Part shown: in pieces, positions 12,568 through 24,294 of the stretch
Layout of the letters: the number at the start of each line of letters is the position of its first letter
Position numbering within the stretch: the first letter of the stretch is position 1
Source of the DNA: Obrimoposthia wandeli
Taxonomy: Eukaryota
NCBI GenBank assembly: GCA_977020255.1
Contig: CDROCS010005160.1
Span: 1 to 64,000, forward strand
Direction: 5' to 3'
DNA length: 64,000 bases
The notes under the pieces: model-generated
The model's input: the letters and a program-made list of their open reading frames with translations, nothing else
Told to the model about the DNA's origin: nothing
Databases searched by the model: none
Program-made: the position numbers and the translations under genes

Positions 12568-12885
12568 TCAAGTAGATCTTCGTATGGAGGCCCCAAACAC
12601 CAGTTCTGTAGCGATAGGGCTTACATAGAGATGTGGTCTACCTGTTCTATTCTTGTTTAATTGTACGATCTTTCCATCTGTGTGGTTGTGTTCTCGATTT
12701 ACGATGTGGTACATCGAGAATGTTGCCCTGCACATTGGACAGGATGGGAAGTCGAGGGACTTGGTGCTGTTGGCAATGGGTATCCAGGTCTTGAGGCAGT
12801 GAATGTGGAATTGGTGGCCGCAGATGTTAGGCTCTGCAAGCCAGTTCCAGATTGTCTTGTAACAGACGGAATATTCTCCAGACAT
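12568..12885 (-). CDS. RING-H2 zinc-finger protein (RING-B), 105 aa, first ligand Cys replaced by Tyr; E3-ligase-like, possibly non-functional
   Basis: YSVC-x13-CGHQFHIHC-LKTW-x14-CPMC fits C3H2C3 spacing, with the conserved Trp and Pro. Domain identity is strong; expression is unknown. Confidence 0.6.
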   Translation of the reverse strand: MSGEYSVCYKTIWNWLAEPNICGHQFHIHCLKTWIPIANSTKSLDFPSCPMCRATFSMYHIVNREHNHTDGKIVQLNKNRTGRPHLYVSPIATELVFGASIRRST

Positions 12886-12946
12886 TGCAGTGGGTGAAGT
12901 GGTTTTGAGTTAGGACTCGGTTGAGGGTTGGTATGTTGTGTGATAT

Positions 12947-13233
12947 TTACACAAAAGTGGCTGTGTCCTGTCGTTCTGCCACACAGAAGAACAACCAACA
13001 CTCTCTCAGTTTTCTATAACAATATTCCACTCGTACAACTACGTCCGCTTGGTTTGGTTCGATCATGATGTACTTTGTGAGTTGTCTTCTGCATACGGGG
13101 CAACAAAGTATGTTGGATGAGATAACTCTCCATAACTTATGATACATTTTGATATACATTCCTCGTGTTATAGGTGGTTGCAGGCATTGGGTCTTGCTCT
13201 TAGTACATTGTCAGAGTATAAAATAATCGCCAT
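12947..13233 (-). pseudogene. Degenerate upstream RING-H2 paralogue (RING-A); representative copy, present in every unit
   Basis: One frame reads MAIILYSDNVL(R/T)RARPNACNHL*HEECISKCI (C-x-H-x2-H-x2-C with an in-frame TAA). A shifted frame continues SSNILCCPVCRRQLTKYIMIEP. There are 53 nt between ligand 6 and CPVC, 1 nt short of the 18 codons seen in RING-B. The first CxxC pair is not recognisable. Confidence 0.7.
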
Positions 13234-13834
13234 CAATGGAAAAAATATTTTCAACTGGAAATATTTTATATAAACGATGTGGACAACTCCATTGCGATTA
13301 TATTGTGCCGCTGTATTGTTCTGCTGATTTACGTTGTATATGGACACTTACAGTTTATAATAATTCATTTTAAATTGAAAAAGTCAATTCAAAACAGAAA
13401 TGAACATCTTATACGTGACATAAAAAGAAAAGCTCTACAAAATAAGTTGATTGAATTAAGCACTGAATTAAGAGAAAGTGAACAACATTTCAAACTTTTA
13501 AGAAAAATATAATTGAAAAAGTCAATTCAAAAAAATGAGTTCTTAACAGAAGTTGAATTACTGTATGGCCTACCCTTATTTGTCTCAATAAATTGAGGTC
13601 ATTGCGTGAATTGTCAAAATCAAAGGAAATCTTCAGTTAAATAGTAAATTAGATTCAGTAATAAAAATATATGTCCGATATGAACGCCTATTTCCGAAGC
13701 AATACTTATTTGGCAACTTACTGATGCGCTTTACTATTCGCACAACCTATAAAAGGTCACTAAATCTTTGTATCGCACCCAAATTAATCAAGTGTCATTA
13801 TCCTATTGTTGGGGTTTCTATTTGAAACTCTTAT

Positions 13835-14152
13835 TCAAGTAGATCTTCGTATGGAGGCCCCAAACACCAGTTCTGTAGCGATAGGGCTTACATAGAGATG
13901 TGGTCTACCTGTTCTATTCTTGTTTAATTGTACGATCTTTCCATCTGTGTGGTTGTGTTCTCGATTTACGATGTGGTACATCGAGAATGTTGCCCTGCAC
14001 ATTGGACAGGATGGGAAGTCGAGGGACTTGGTGCTGTTGGCAATGGGTATCCAGGTCTTGAGGCAGTGAATGTGGAATTGGTGGCCGCAGATGTTAGGCT
14101 CTGCAAGCCAGTTCCAGATTGTCTTGTAACAGACGGAATATTCTCCAGACAT
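13835..14152 (-). CDS. RING-B 105 aa copy
   Basis: Identical protein to 12568-12885. Confidence 0.55.
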   Translation of the reverse strand: MSGEYSVCYKTIWNWLAEPNICGHQFHIHCLKTWIPIANSTKSLDFPSCPMCRATFSMYHIVNREHNHTDGKIVQLNKNRTGRPHLYVSPIATELVFGASIRRST

Positions 14153-15102
14153 TGCAGTGGGTGAAGTGGTTTTGAGTTAGGACTCGGTTGAGGGTTGGTA
14201 TGTTGTGTGATATTTACACAAAAGTGGCTGTGTCCTGTCGTTCTGCCACACAGAAGAACAACCAACACTCTCTCAGTTTTCTATAACAATATTCCACTCG
14301 TACAACTACGTCCGCTTGGTTTGGTTCGATCATGATGTACTTTGTGAGTTGTCTTCTGCATACGGGGCAACAAAGTATGTTGGATGAGATAACTCTCCAT
14401 AACTTATGATACATTTTGATATACATTCCTCGTGTTATAGGTGGTTGCAGGCATTGGGTCTTGCTCTTAGTACATTGTCAGAGTATAAAATAATCGCCAT
14501 CAATGGAAAAAAATATTTTCAACTGGAAATATTTTATATAAACGATGTGGACAACTCCATTGCGATTATATTGTGCCGCTGTATTGTTCTGCTGATTTAC
14601 GTTGTATATGGACACTTACAGTTTATAATAATTCATTTTAAATTGAAAAAGTCAATTCAAAACAGAAATGAACATCTTATACGTGACATAAAAAGAAAAG
14701 CTCTACAAAATAAGTTGATTGAATTAAGCACTGAATTAAGAGAAAGTGAACAACATTTCAAACTTTTAAGAAAAATATAATTGAAAAAGTCAATTCAAAA
14801 AAATGAGTTCTTAACAGAAGTTGAATTACTGTATGGCCTACCCTTATTTGTCTCAATAAATTGAGGTCATTGCGTGAATTGTCAAAATCAAAGGAAATCT
14901 TCAGTTAAATAGTAAATTAGATTCAGTAATAAAAATATATGTCCGATATGAACGCCTATTTCCGAAGCAATACTTATTTGGCAACTTACTGATGCGCTTT
15001 ACTATTCGCACAACCTATAAAAGGTCACTAAATCTTTGTATCGCACCCAAATTAATCAAGTGTCATTATCCTATTGTTGGGGTTTCTATTTGAAACTCTT
15101 AT

Positions 15103-15420
15103 TCAAGTAGATCTTCGTATGGAGGCCCCAAACACCAGTTCTGTAGCGATAGGGCTTACATAGAGATGTGGTCTACCTGTTCTATTCTTGTTTAATTGTA
15201 CGATCTTTCCATCTGTGTGGTTGTGTTCTCGATTTACGATGTGGTACATCGAGAATGTTGCCCTGCACATTGGACAGGATGGGAAGTCGAGGGACTTGGT
15301 GCTGTTGGCAATGGGTATCCAGGTCTTGAGGCAGTGAATGTGGAATTGGTGGCCGCAGATGTTAGGCTCTGCAAGCCAGTTCCAGATTGTCTTGTAACAG
15401 ACGGAATATTCTCCAGACAT
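15103..15420 (-). CDS. RING-B 105 aa copy
   Basis: Identical protein. Confidence 0.55.
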   Translation of the reverse strand: MSGEYSVCYKTIWNWLAEPNICGHQFHIHCLKTWIPIANSTKSLDFPSCPMCRATFSMYHIVNREHNHTDGKIVQLNKNRTGRPHLYVSPIATELVFGASIRRST

Positions 15421-16371
15421 TGCAGTGGGTGAAGTGGTTTTGAGTTAGGACTCGGTTGAGGGTTGGTATGTTGTGTGATATTTACACAAAAGTGGCTGTG
15501 TCCTGTCGTTCTGCCACACAGAAGAACAACCAACACTCTCTCAGTTTTCTATAACAATATTCCACTCGTACAACTACGTCCGCTTGGTTTGGTTCGATCA
15601 TGATGTACTTTGTGAGTTGTCTTCTGCATACGGGGCAACAAAGTATGTTGGATGAGATAACTCTCCATAACTTATGATACATTTTGATATACATTCCTCG
15701 TGTTATAGGTGGTTGCAGGCATTGGGTCTTGCTCTTAGTACATTGTCAGAGTATAAAATAATCGCCATCAATGGAAAAAAATATTTTCAACTGGAAATAT
15801 TTTATATAAACGATGTGGACAACTCCATTGCGATTATATTGTGCCGCTGTATTGTTCTGCTGATTTACGTTGTATATGGACACTTACAGTTTATAATAAT
15901 TCATTTTAAATTGAAAAAGTCAATTCAAAACAGAAATGAACATCTTATACGTGACATAAAAAAGAAAAGCTCTACAAAATAAGTTGATTGAATTAAGCAC
16001 TGAATTAAGAGAAAGTGAACAACATTTCAAACTTTTAAGAAAAATATAATTGAAAAAGTCAATTCAAAAAAATGAGTTCTTAACAGAAGTTGAATTACTG
16101 TATGGCCTACCCTTATTTGTCTCAATAAATTGAGGTCATTGCGTGAATTGTCAAAATCAAAGGAAATCTTCAGTTAAATAGTAAATTAGATTCAGTAATA
16201 AAAATATATGTCCGATATGAACGCCTATTTCCGAAGCAATACTTATTTGGCAACTTACTGATGCGCTTTACTATTCGCACAACCTATAAAAGGTCACTAA
16301 ATCTTTGTATCGCACCCAAATTAATCAAGTGTCATTATCCTATTGTTGGGGTTTCTATTTGAAACTCTTAT

Positions 16372-16689
16372 TCAAGTAGATCTTCGTATGGAGGCCCCAA
16401 ACACCAGTTCTGTAGCGATAGGGCTTACATAGAGATGTGGTCTACCTGTTCTATTCTTGTTTAATTGTACGATCTTTCCATCTGTGTGGTTGTGTTCTCG
16501 ATTTACGATGTGGTACATCGAGAATGTTGCCCTGCACATTGGACAGGATGGGAAGTCGAGGGACTTGGTGCTGTTGGCAATGGGTATCCAGGTCTTGAGG
16601 CAGTGAATGTGGAATTGGTGGCCGCAGATGTTAGGCTCTGCAAGCCAGTTCCAGATTGTCTTGTAACAGACGGAATATTCTCCAGACAT
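16372..16689 (-). CDS. RING-B 105 aa copy
   Basis: Identical protein. Confidence 0.55.
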   Translation of the reverse strand: MSGEYSVCYKTIWNWLAEPNICGHQFHIHCLKTWIPIANSTKSLDFPSCPMCRATFSMYHIVNREHNHTDGKIVQLNKNRTGRPHLYVSPIATELVFGASIRRST

Positions 16690-17638
16690 TGCAGTGGGTG
16701 AAGTGGTTTTGAGTTAGGACTCGGTTGAGGGTTGGTATGTTGTGTGATATTTACACAAAAGTGGCTGTGTCCTGTCGTTCTGCCACACAGAAGAACAACC
16801 AACACTCTCTCAGTTTTCTATAACAATATTCCACTCGTACAACTACGTCCGCTTGGTTTGGTTCGATCATGATGTACTTTGTGAGTTGTCTTCTGCATAC
16901 GGGGCAACAAAGTATGTTGGATGAGATAACTCTCCATAACTTATGATACATTTTGATATACATTCCTCGTGTTATAGGTGGTTGCAGGCATTGGGTCTTG
17001 CTCTTAGTACATTGTCAGAGTATAAAATAATCGCCATCAATGGAAAAAAATATTTTCAACTGGAAATATTTTATATAAACGATGTGGACAACTCCATTGC
17101 GATTATATTGTGCCGCTGTATTGTTCTGCTGATTTACGTTGTATATGGACACTTACAGTTTATAATAATTCATTTTAAATTGAAAAAGTCAATTCAAAAC
17201 AGAAATGAACATCTTATACGTGACATAAAAAGAAAAGCTCTACAAAATAAGTTGATTGAATTAAGCACTGAATTAAGAGAAAGTGAACAACATTTCAAAC
17301 TTTTAAGAAAAATATAATTGAAAAAGTCAATTCAAAAAATGAGTTCTTAACAGAAGTTGAATTACTGTATGGCCTACCCTTATTTGTCTCAATAAATTGA
17401 GGTCATTGCGTGAATTGTCAAAATCAAAGGAAATCTTCAGTTAAATAGTAAATTAGATTCAGTAATAAAAATATATGTCCGATATGAACGCCTATTTCCG
17501 AAGCAATACTTATTTGGCAACTTACTGATGCGCTTTACTATTCGCACAACCTATAAAAGGTCACTAAATCTTTGTATCGCACCCAAATTAATCAAGTGTC
17601 ATTATCCTATTGTTGGGGTTTCTATTTGAAACTCTTAT

Positions 17639-17956
17639 TCAAGTAGATCTTCGTATGGAGGCCCCAAACACCAGTTCTGTAGCGATAGGGCTTACATAGA
17701 GATGTGGTCTACCTGTTCTATTCTTGTTTAATTGTACGATCTTTCCATCTGTGTGGTTGTGTTCTCGATTTACGATGTGGTACATCGAGAATGTTGCCCT
17801 GCACATTGGACAGGATGGGAAGTCGAGGGACTTGGTGCTGTTGGCAATGGGTATCCAGGTCTTGAGGCAGTGAATGTGGAATTGGTGGCCGCAGATGTTA
17901 GGCTCTGCAAGCCAGTTCCAGATTGTCTTGTAACAGACGGAATATTCTCCAGACAT
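17639..17956 (-). CDS. RING-B 105 aa copy
   Basis: Identical protein. Confidence 0.55.
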   Translation of the reverse strand: MSGEYSVCYKTIWNWLAEPNICGHQFHIHCLKTWIPIANSTKSLDFPSCPMCRATFSMYHIVNREHNHTDGKIVQLNKNRTGRPHLYVSPIATELVFGASIRRST

Positions 17957-18905
17957 TGCAGTGGGTGAAGTGGTTTTGAGTTAGGACTCGGTTGAGGGTT
18001 GGTATGTTGTGTGATATTTACACAAAAGTGGCTGTGTCCTGTCGTTCTGCCACACAGAAGAACAACCAACACTCTCTCAGTTTTCTATAACAATATTCCA
18101 CTCGTACAACTACGTCCGCTTGGTTTGGTTCGATCATGATGTACTTTGTGAGTTGTCTTCTGCATACGGGGCAACAAAGTATGTTGGATGAGATAACTCT
18201 CCATAACTTATGATACATTTTGATATACATTCCTCGTGTTATAGGTGGTTGCAGGCATTGGGTCTTGCTCTTAGTACATTGTCAGAGTATAAAATAATCG
18301 CCATCAATGGAAAAAATATTTTCAACTGGAAATATTTTATATAAACGATGTGGACAACTCCATTGCGATTATATTGTGCCGCTGTATTGTTCTGCTGATT
18401 TACGTTGTATATGGACACTTACAGTTTATAATAATTCATTTTAAATTGAAAAAGTCAATTCAAAACAGAAATGAACATCTTATACGTGACATAAAAAGAA
18501 AAGCTCTACAAAATAAGTTGATTGAATTAAGCACTGAATTAAGAGAAAGTGAACAACATTTCAAACTTTTAAGAAAAATATAATTGAAAAAGTCAATTCA
18601 AAAAAATGAGTTCTTAACAGAAGTTGAATTACTGTATGGCCTACCCTTATTTGTCTCAATAAATTGAGGTCATTGCGTGAATTGTCAAAATCAAAGGAAA
18701 TCTTCAGTTAAATAGTAAATTAGATTCAGTAATAAAAATATATGTCCGATATGAACGCCTATTTCCGAAGCAATACTTATTTGGCAACTTACTGATGCGC
18801 TTTACTATTCGCACAACCTATAAAAGGTCACTAAATCTTTGTATCGCACCCAAATTAATCAAGTGTCATTATCCTATTGTTGGGGTTTCTATTTGAAACT
18901 CTTAT

Positions 18906-19223
18906 TCAAGTAGATCTTCGTATGGAGGCCCCAAACACCAGTTCTGTAGCGATAGGGCTTACATAGAGATGTGGTCTACCTGTTCTATTCTTGTTTAATT
19001 GTACGATCTTTCCATCTGTGTGGTTGTGTTCTCGATTTACGATGTGGTACATCGAGAATGTTGCCCTGCACATTGGACAGGATGGGAAGTCGAGGGACTT
19101 GGTGCTGTTGGCAATGGGTATCCAGGTCTTGAGGCAGTGAATGTGGAATTGGTGGCCGCAGATGTTAGGCTCTGCAAGCCAGTTCCAGATTGTCTTGTAA
19201 CAGACGGAATATTCTCCAGACAT
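18906..19223 (-). CDS. RING-B 105 aa copy
   Basis: Identical protein. Confidence 0.55.
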   Translation of the reverse strand: MSGEYSVCYKTIWNWLAEPNICGHQFHIHCLKTWIPIANSTKSLDFPSCPMCRATFSMYHIVNREHNHTDGKIVQLNKNRTGRPHLYVSPIATELVFGASIRRST

Positions 19224-20174
19224 TGCAGTGGGTGAAGTGGTTTTGAGTTAGGACTCGGTTGAGGGTTGGTATGTTGTGTGATATTTACACAAAAGTGGCT
19301 GTGTCCTGTCGTTCTGCCACACAGAAGAACAACCAACACTCTCTCAGTTTTCTATAACAATATTCCACTCGTACAACTACGTCCGCTTGGTTTGGTTCGA
19401 TCATGATGTACTTTGTGAGTTGTCTTCTGCATACGGGGCAACAAAGTATGTTGGATGAGATAACTCTCCATAACTTATGATACATTTTGATATACATTCC
19501 TCGTGTTATAGGTGGTTGCAGGCATTGGGTCTTGCTCTTCGTACATTGTCAGAGTATAAAATAATCGCCATCAATGGAAAAAAATATTTTCAACTGGAAA
19601 TATTTTATATAAACGATGTGGACAACTCCATTGCGATTATATTGTGCCGCTGTATTGTTCTGCTGATTTACGTTGTATATGGACACTTACAGTTTATAAT
19701 AATTCATTTTAAATTGAAAAAGTCAATTCAAAACAGAAATGAACATCTTATACGTGACATAAAAAGAAAAGCTCTACAAAATAAGTTGATTGAATTAAGC
19801 ACTGAATTAAGAGAAAGTGAACAACATTTCAAACTTTTAAGAAAAATATAATTGAAAAAGTCAATTCAAAAAATTTGAGTTCTTAACAGAAGTTGAATTA
19901 CTGTATGGCCTACCCTTATTTGTCTCAATAAATTGAGGTCATTGCGTGAATTGTCAAAATCAAAGGAAATCTTCAGTTAAATAGTAAATTAGATTCAGTA
20001 ATAAAAATATATGTCCGATATGAACGCCTATTTCCGAAGCAATACTTATTTGGCAACTTACTGATGCGCTTTACTATTCGCACAACCTATAAAAGGTCAC
20101 TAAATCTTTGTATCGCACCTAAATTAATCAAGTGTCATTATCCTATTGTTGGGGTTTCTATTTGAAACTCTTAT

Positions 20175-20492
20175 TCAAGTAGATCTTCGTATGGAGGCCC
20201 CAAACACCAGTTCTGTAGCGATAGGGCTTACATAGAGATGTGGTCTACCTGTTCTATTCTTGTTTAATTGTACGATCTTTCCATCTGTGTGGTTGTGTTC
20301 TCGATTTACGATGTGGTACATCGAGAATGTTGCCCTGCACATTGGACAGGATGGGAAGTCGAGGGACTTGGTGCTGTTGGCAATGGGTATCCAGGTCTTG
20401 AGGCAGTGAATGTGGAATTGGTGGCCGCAGATGTTAGGCTCTGCAAGCCAGTTCCAGATTGTCTTGTAACAGACGGAATATTCTCCAGACAT
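20175..20492 (-). CDS. RING-B 105 aa copy
   Basis: Identical protein. Confidence 0.55.
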   Translation of the reverse strand: MSGEYSVCYKTIWNWLAEPNICGHQFHIHCLKTWIPIANSTKSLDFPSCPMCRATFSMYHIVNREHNHTDGKIVQLNKNRTGRPHLYVSPIATELVFGASIRRST

Positions 20493-21441
20493 TGCAGTGG
20501 GTGAAGTGGTTTTGAGTTAGGACTCGGTTGAGGGTTGGTATGTTGTGTGATATTTACACAAAAGTGGCTGTGTCCTGTCGTTCTGCCACACAGAAGAACA
20601 ACCAACACTCTCTCAGTTTTCTATAACAATATTCCACTCGTACAACTACGTCCGCTTGGTTTGGTTCGATCATGATGTACTTTGTGAGTTGTCTTCTGCA
20701 TACGGGGCAACAAAGTATGTTGGATGAGATAACTCTCCATAACTTATGATACATTTTGATATACATTCCTCGTGTTATAGGTGGTTGCAGGCATTGGGTC
20801 TTGCTCTTAGTACATTGTCAGAGTATAAAATAATCGCCATCAATGGAAAAAAATATTTTCAACTGGAAATATTTTATATAAACGATGTGGACAACTCCAT
20901 TGCGATTATATTGTGCCGCTGTATTGTTCTGCTGATTTACGTTGTATATGGACACTTACAGTTTATAATAATTCATTTTAAATTGAAAAAGTCAATTCAA
21001 AACAGAAATGAACATCTTATACGTGACATAAAAAGAAAAGCTCTACAAAATAAGTTGATTGAATTAAGCACTGAATTAAGAGAAAGTGAACAACATTTCA
21101 AACTTTTAAGAAAAATATAATTGAAAAAGTCAATTCAAAAAATGAGTTCTTAACAGAAGTTGAATTACTGTATGGCCTACCCTTATTTGTCTCAATAAAT
21201 TGAGGTCATTGCGTGAATTGTCAAAATCAAAGGAAATCTTCAGTTAAATAGTAAATTAGATTCAGTAATAAAAATATATGTCCGATATGAACGCCTATTT
21301 CCGAAGCAATACTTATTTGGCAACTTACTGATGCGCTTTACTATTCGCACAACCTATAAAAGGTCACTAAATCTTTGTATCGCACCCAAATTAATCAAGT
21401 GTCATTATCCTATTGTTGGGGTTTCTATTTGAAACTCTTAT

Positions 21442-21759
21442 TCAAGTAGATCTTCGTATGGAGGCCCCAAACACCAGTTCTGTAGCGATAGGGCTTACAT
21501 AGAGATGTGGTCTACCTGTTCTATTCTTGTTTAATTGTACGATCTTTCCATCTGTGTGGTTGTGTTCTCGATTTACGATGTGGTACATCGAGAATGTTGC
21601 CCTGCACATTGGACAGGATGGGAAGTCGAGGGACTTGGTGCTGTTGGCAATGGGTATCCAGGTCTTGAGGCAGTGAATGTGGAATTGGTGGCCGCAGATG
21701 TTAGGCTCTGCAAGCCAGTTCCAGATTGTCTTGTAACAGACGGAATATTCTCCAGACAT
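21442..21759 (-). CDS. RING-B 105 aa copy
   Basis: Identical protein. Confidence 0.55.
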   Translation of the reverse strand: MSGEYSVCYKTIWNWLAEPNICGHQFHIHCLKTWIPIANSTKSLDFPSCPMCRATFSMYHIVNREHNHTDGKIVQLNKNRTGRPHLYVSPIATELVFGASIRRST

Positions 21760-22708
21760 TGCAGTGGGTGAAGTGGTTTTGAGTTAGGACTCGGTTGAGG
21801 GTTGGTATGTTGTGTGATATTTACACAAAAGTGGCTGTGTCCTGTCGTTCTGCCACACAGAAGAACAACCAACACTCTCTCAGTTTTCTATAACAATATT
21901 CCACTCGTACAACTACGTCCGCTTGGTTTGGTTCGATCATGATGTACTTTGTGAGTTGTCTTCTGCATACGGGGCAACAAAGTATGTTGGATGAGATAAC
22001 TCTCCATAACTTATGATACATTTTGATATACATTCCTCGTGTTATAGGTGGTTGCAGGCATTGGGTCTTGCTCTTAGTACATTGTCAGAGTATAAAATAA
22101 TCGCCATCAATGGAAAAAAATATTTTCAACTGGAAATATTTTATATAAACGATGTGGACAACTCCATTGCGATTATATTGTGCCGCTGTATTGTTCTGCT
22201 GATTTACGTTGTATATGGACACTTACAGTTTATAATAATTCATTTTAAATTGAAAAAGTCAATTCAAAACAGAAATGAACATCTTATACGTGACATAAAA
22301 AGAAAAGCTCTACAAAATAAGTTGATTGAATTAAGCACTGAATTAAGAGAAAGTGAACAACATTTCAAACTTTTAAGAAAAATATAATTGAAAAAGTCAA
22401 TTCAAAAAATGAGTTCTTAACAGAAGTTGAATTACTGTATGGCCTACCCTTATTTGTCTCAATAAATTGAGGTCATTGCGTGAATTGTCAAAATCAAAGG
22501 AAATCTTCAGTTAAATAGTAAATTAGATTCAGTAATAAAAATATATGTCCGATATGAACGCCTATTTCCGAAGCAATACTTATTTGGCAACTTACTGATG
22601 CGCTTTACTATTCGCACAACCTATAAAAGGTCACTAAATCTTTGTATCGCACCCAAATTAATCAAGTGTCATTATCCTATTGTTGGGGTTTCTATTTGAA
22701 ACTCTTAT

Positions 22709-23026
22709 TCAAGTAGATCTTCGTATGGAGGCCCCAAACACCAGTTCTGTAGCGATAGGGCTTACATAGAGATGTGGTCTACCTGTTCTATTCTTGTTTA
22801 ATTGTACGATCTTTCCATCTGTGTGGTTGTGTTCTCGATTTACGATGTGGTACATCGAGAATGTTGCCCTGCACATTGGACAGGATGGGAAGTCGAGGGA
22901 CTTGGTGCTGTTGGCAATGGGTATCCAGGTCTTGAGGCAGTGAATGTGGAATTGGTGGCCGCAGATGTTAGGCTCTGCAAGCCAGTTCCAGATTGTCTTG
23001 TAACAGACGGAATATTCTCCAGACAT
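22709..23026 (-). CDS. RING-B 105 aa copy
   Basis: Identical protein. Confidence 0.55.
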   Translation of the reverse strand: MSGEYSVCYKTIWNWLAEPNICGHQFHIHCLKTWIPIANSTKSLDFPSCPMCRATFSMYHIVNREHNHTDGKIVQLNKNRTGRPHLYVSPIATELVFGASIRRST

Positions 23027-23976
23027 TGCAGTGGGTGAAGTGGTTTTGAGTTAGGACTCGGTTGAGGGTTGGTATGTTGTGTGATATTTACACAAAAGTG
23101 GCTGTGTCCTGTCGTTCTGCCACACAGAAGAACAACCAACACTCTCTCAGTTTTCTATAACAATATTCCACTCGTACAACTACGTCCGCTTGGTTTGGTT
23201 CGATCATGATGTACTTTGTGAGTTGTCTTCTGCATACGGGGCAACAAAGTATGTTGGATGAGATAACTCTCCATAACTTATGATACATTTTGATATACAT
23301 TCCTCGTGTTATAGGTGGTTGCAGGCATTGGGTCTTGCTCTTCGTACATTGTCAGAGTATAAAATAATCGCCATCAATGGAAAAAAATATTTTCAACTGG
23401 AAATATTTTATATAAACGATGTGGACAACTCCATTGCGATTATATTGTGCCGCTGTATTGTTCTGCTGATTTACGTTGTATATGGACACTTACAGTTTAT
23501 AATAATTCATTTTAAATTGAAAAAGTCAATTCAAAACAGAAATGAACATCTTATACGTGACATAAAAAGAAAAGCTCTACAAAATAAGTTGATTGAATTA
23601 AGCACTGAATTAAGAGAAAGTGAACAACATTTCAAACTTTTAAGAAAAATATAATTGAAAAAGTCAATTCAAAAAAATGAGTTCTTAACAGAAGTTGAAT
23701 TACTGTATGGCCTACCCTTATTTGTCTCAATAAATTGAGGTCATTGCGTGAATTGTCAAAATCAAAGGAAATCTTCAGTTAAATAGTAAATTAGATTCAG
23801 TAATAAAAATATATGTCCGATATGAACGCCTATTTCCGAAGCAATACTTATTTGGCAACTTACTGATGCGCTTTACTATTCGCACAACCTATAAAAGGTC
23901 ACTAAATCTTTGTATCGCACCCAAATTAATCAAGTGTCATTATCCTATTGTTGGGGTTTCTATTTGAAACTCTTAT

Positions 23977-24294
23977 TCAAGTAGATCTTCGTATGGAGGC
24001 CCCAAACACCAGTTCTGTAGCGATAGGGCTTACATAGAGATGTGGTCTACCTGTTCTATTCTTGTTTAATTGTACGATCTTTCCATCTGTGTGGTTGTGT
24101 TCTCGATTTACGATGTGGTACATCGAGAATGTTGCCCTGCACATTGGACAGGATGGGAAGTCGAGGGACTTGGTGCTGTTGGCAATGGGTATCCAGGTCT
24201 TGAGGCAGTGAATGTGGAATTGGTGGCCGCAGATGTTAGGCTCTGCAAGCCAGTTCCAGATTGTCTTGTAACAGACGGAATATTCTCCAGACAT
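23977..24294 (-). CDS. RING-B 105 aa copy
   Basis: Identical protein. Confidence 0.55.
   Translation of the reverse strand: MSGEYSVCYKTIWNWLAEPNICGHQFHIHCLKTWIPIANSTKSLDFPSCPMCRATFSMYHIVNREHNHTDGKIVQLNKNRTGRPHLYVSPIATELVFGASIRRST

Noticed and set aside
12661-13159. Overlapping ORFs 78 aa (+), 100 aa (-) and 70 aa (-) repeated in each unit
   Set aside because: The first two are shadow frames of the RING region. The 70-aa ORF is only the post-frameshift half of RING-A, not an independent gene.
12568-13233. Alternative (ciliate) genetic code with TAA/TAG read as Gln to rescue RING-A and fuse it to RING-B
   Set aside because: A frameshift and TGA stops remain, and Gln does not fit the aromatic position in H-x-[FY]-H.
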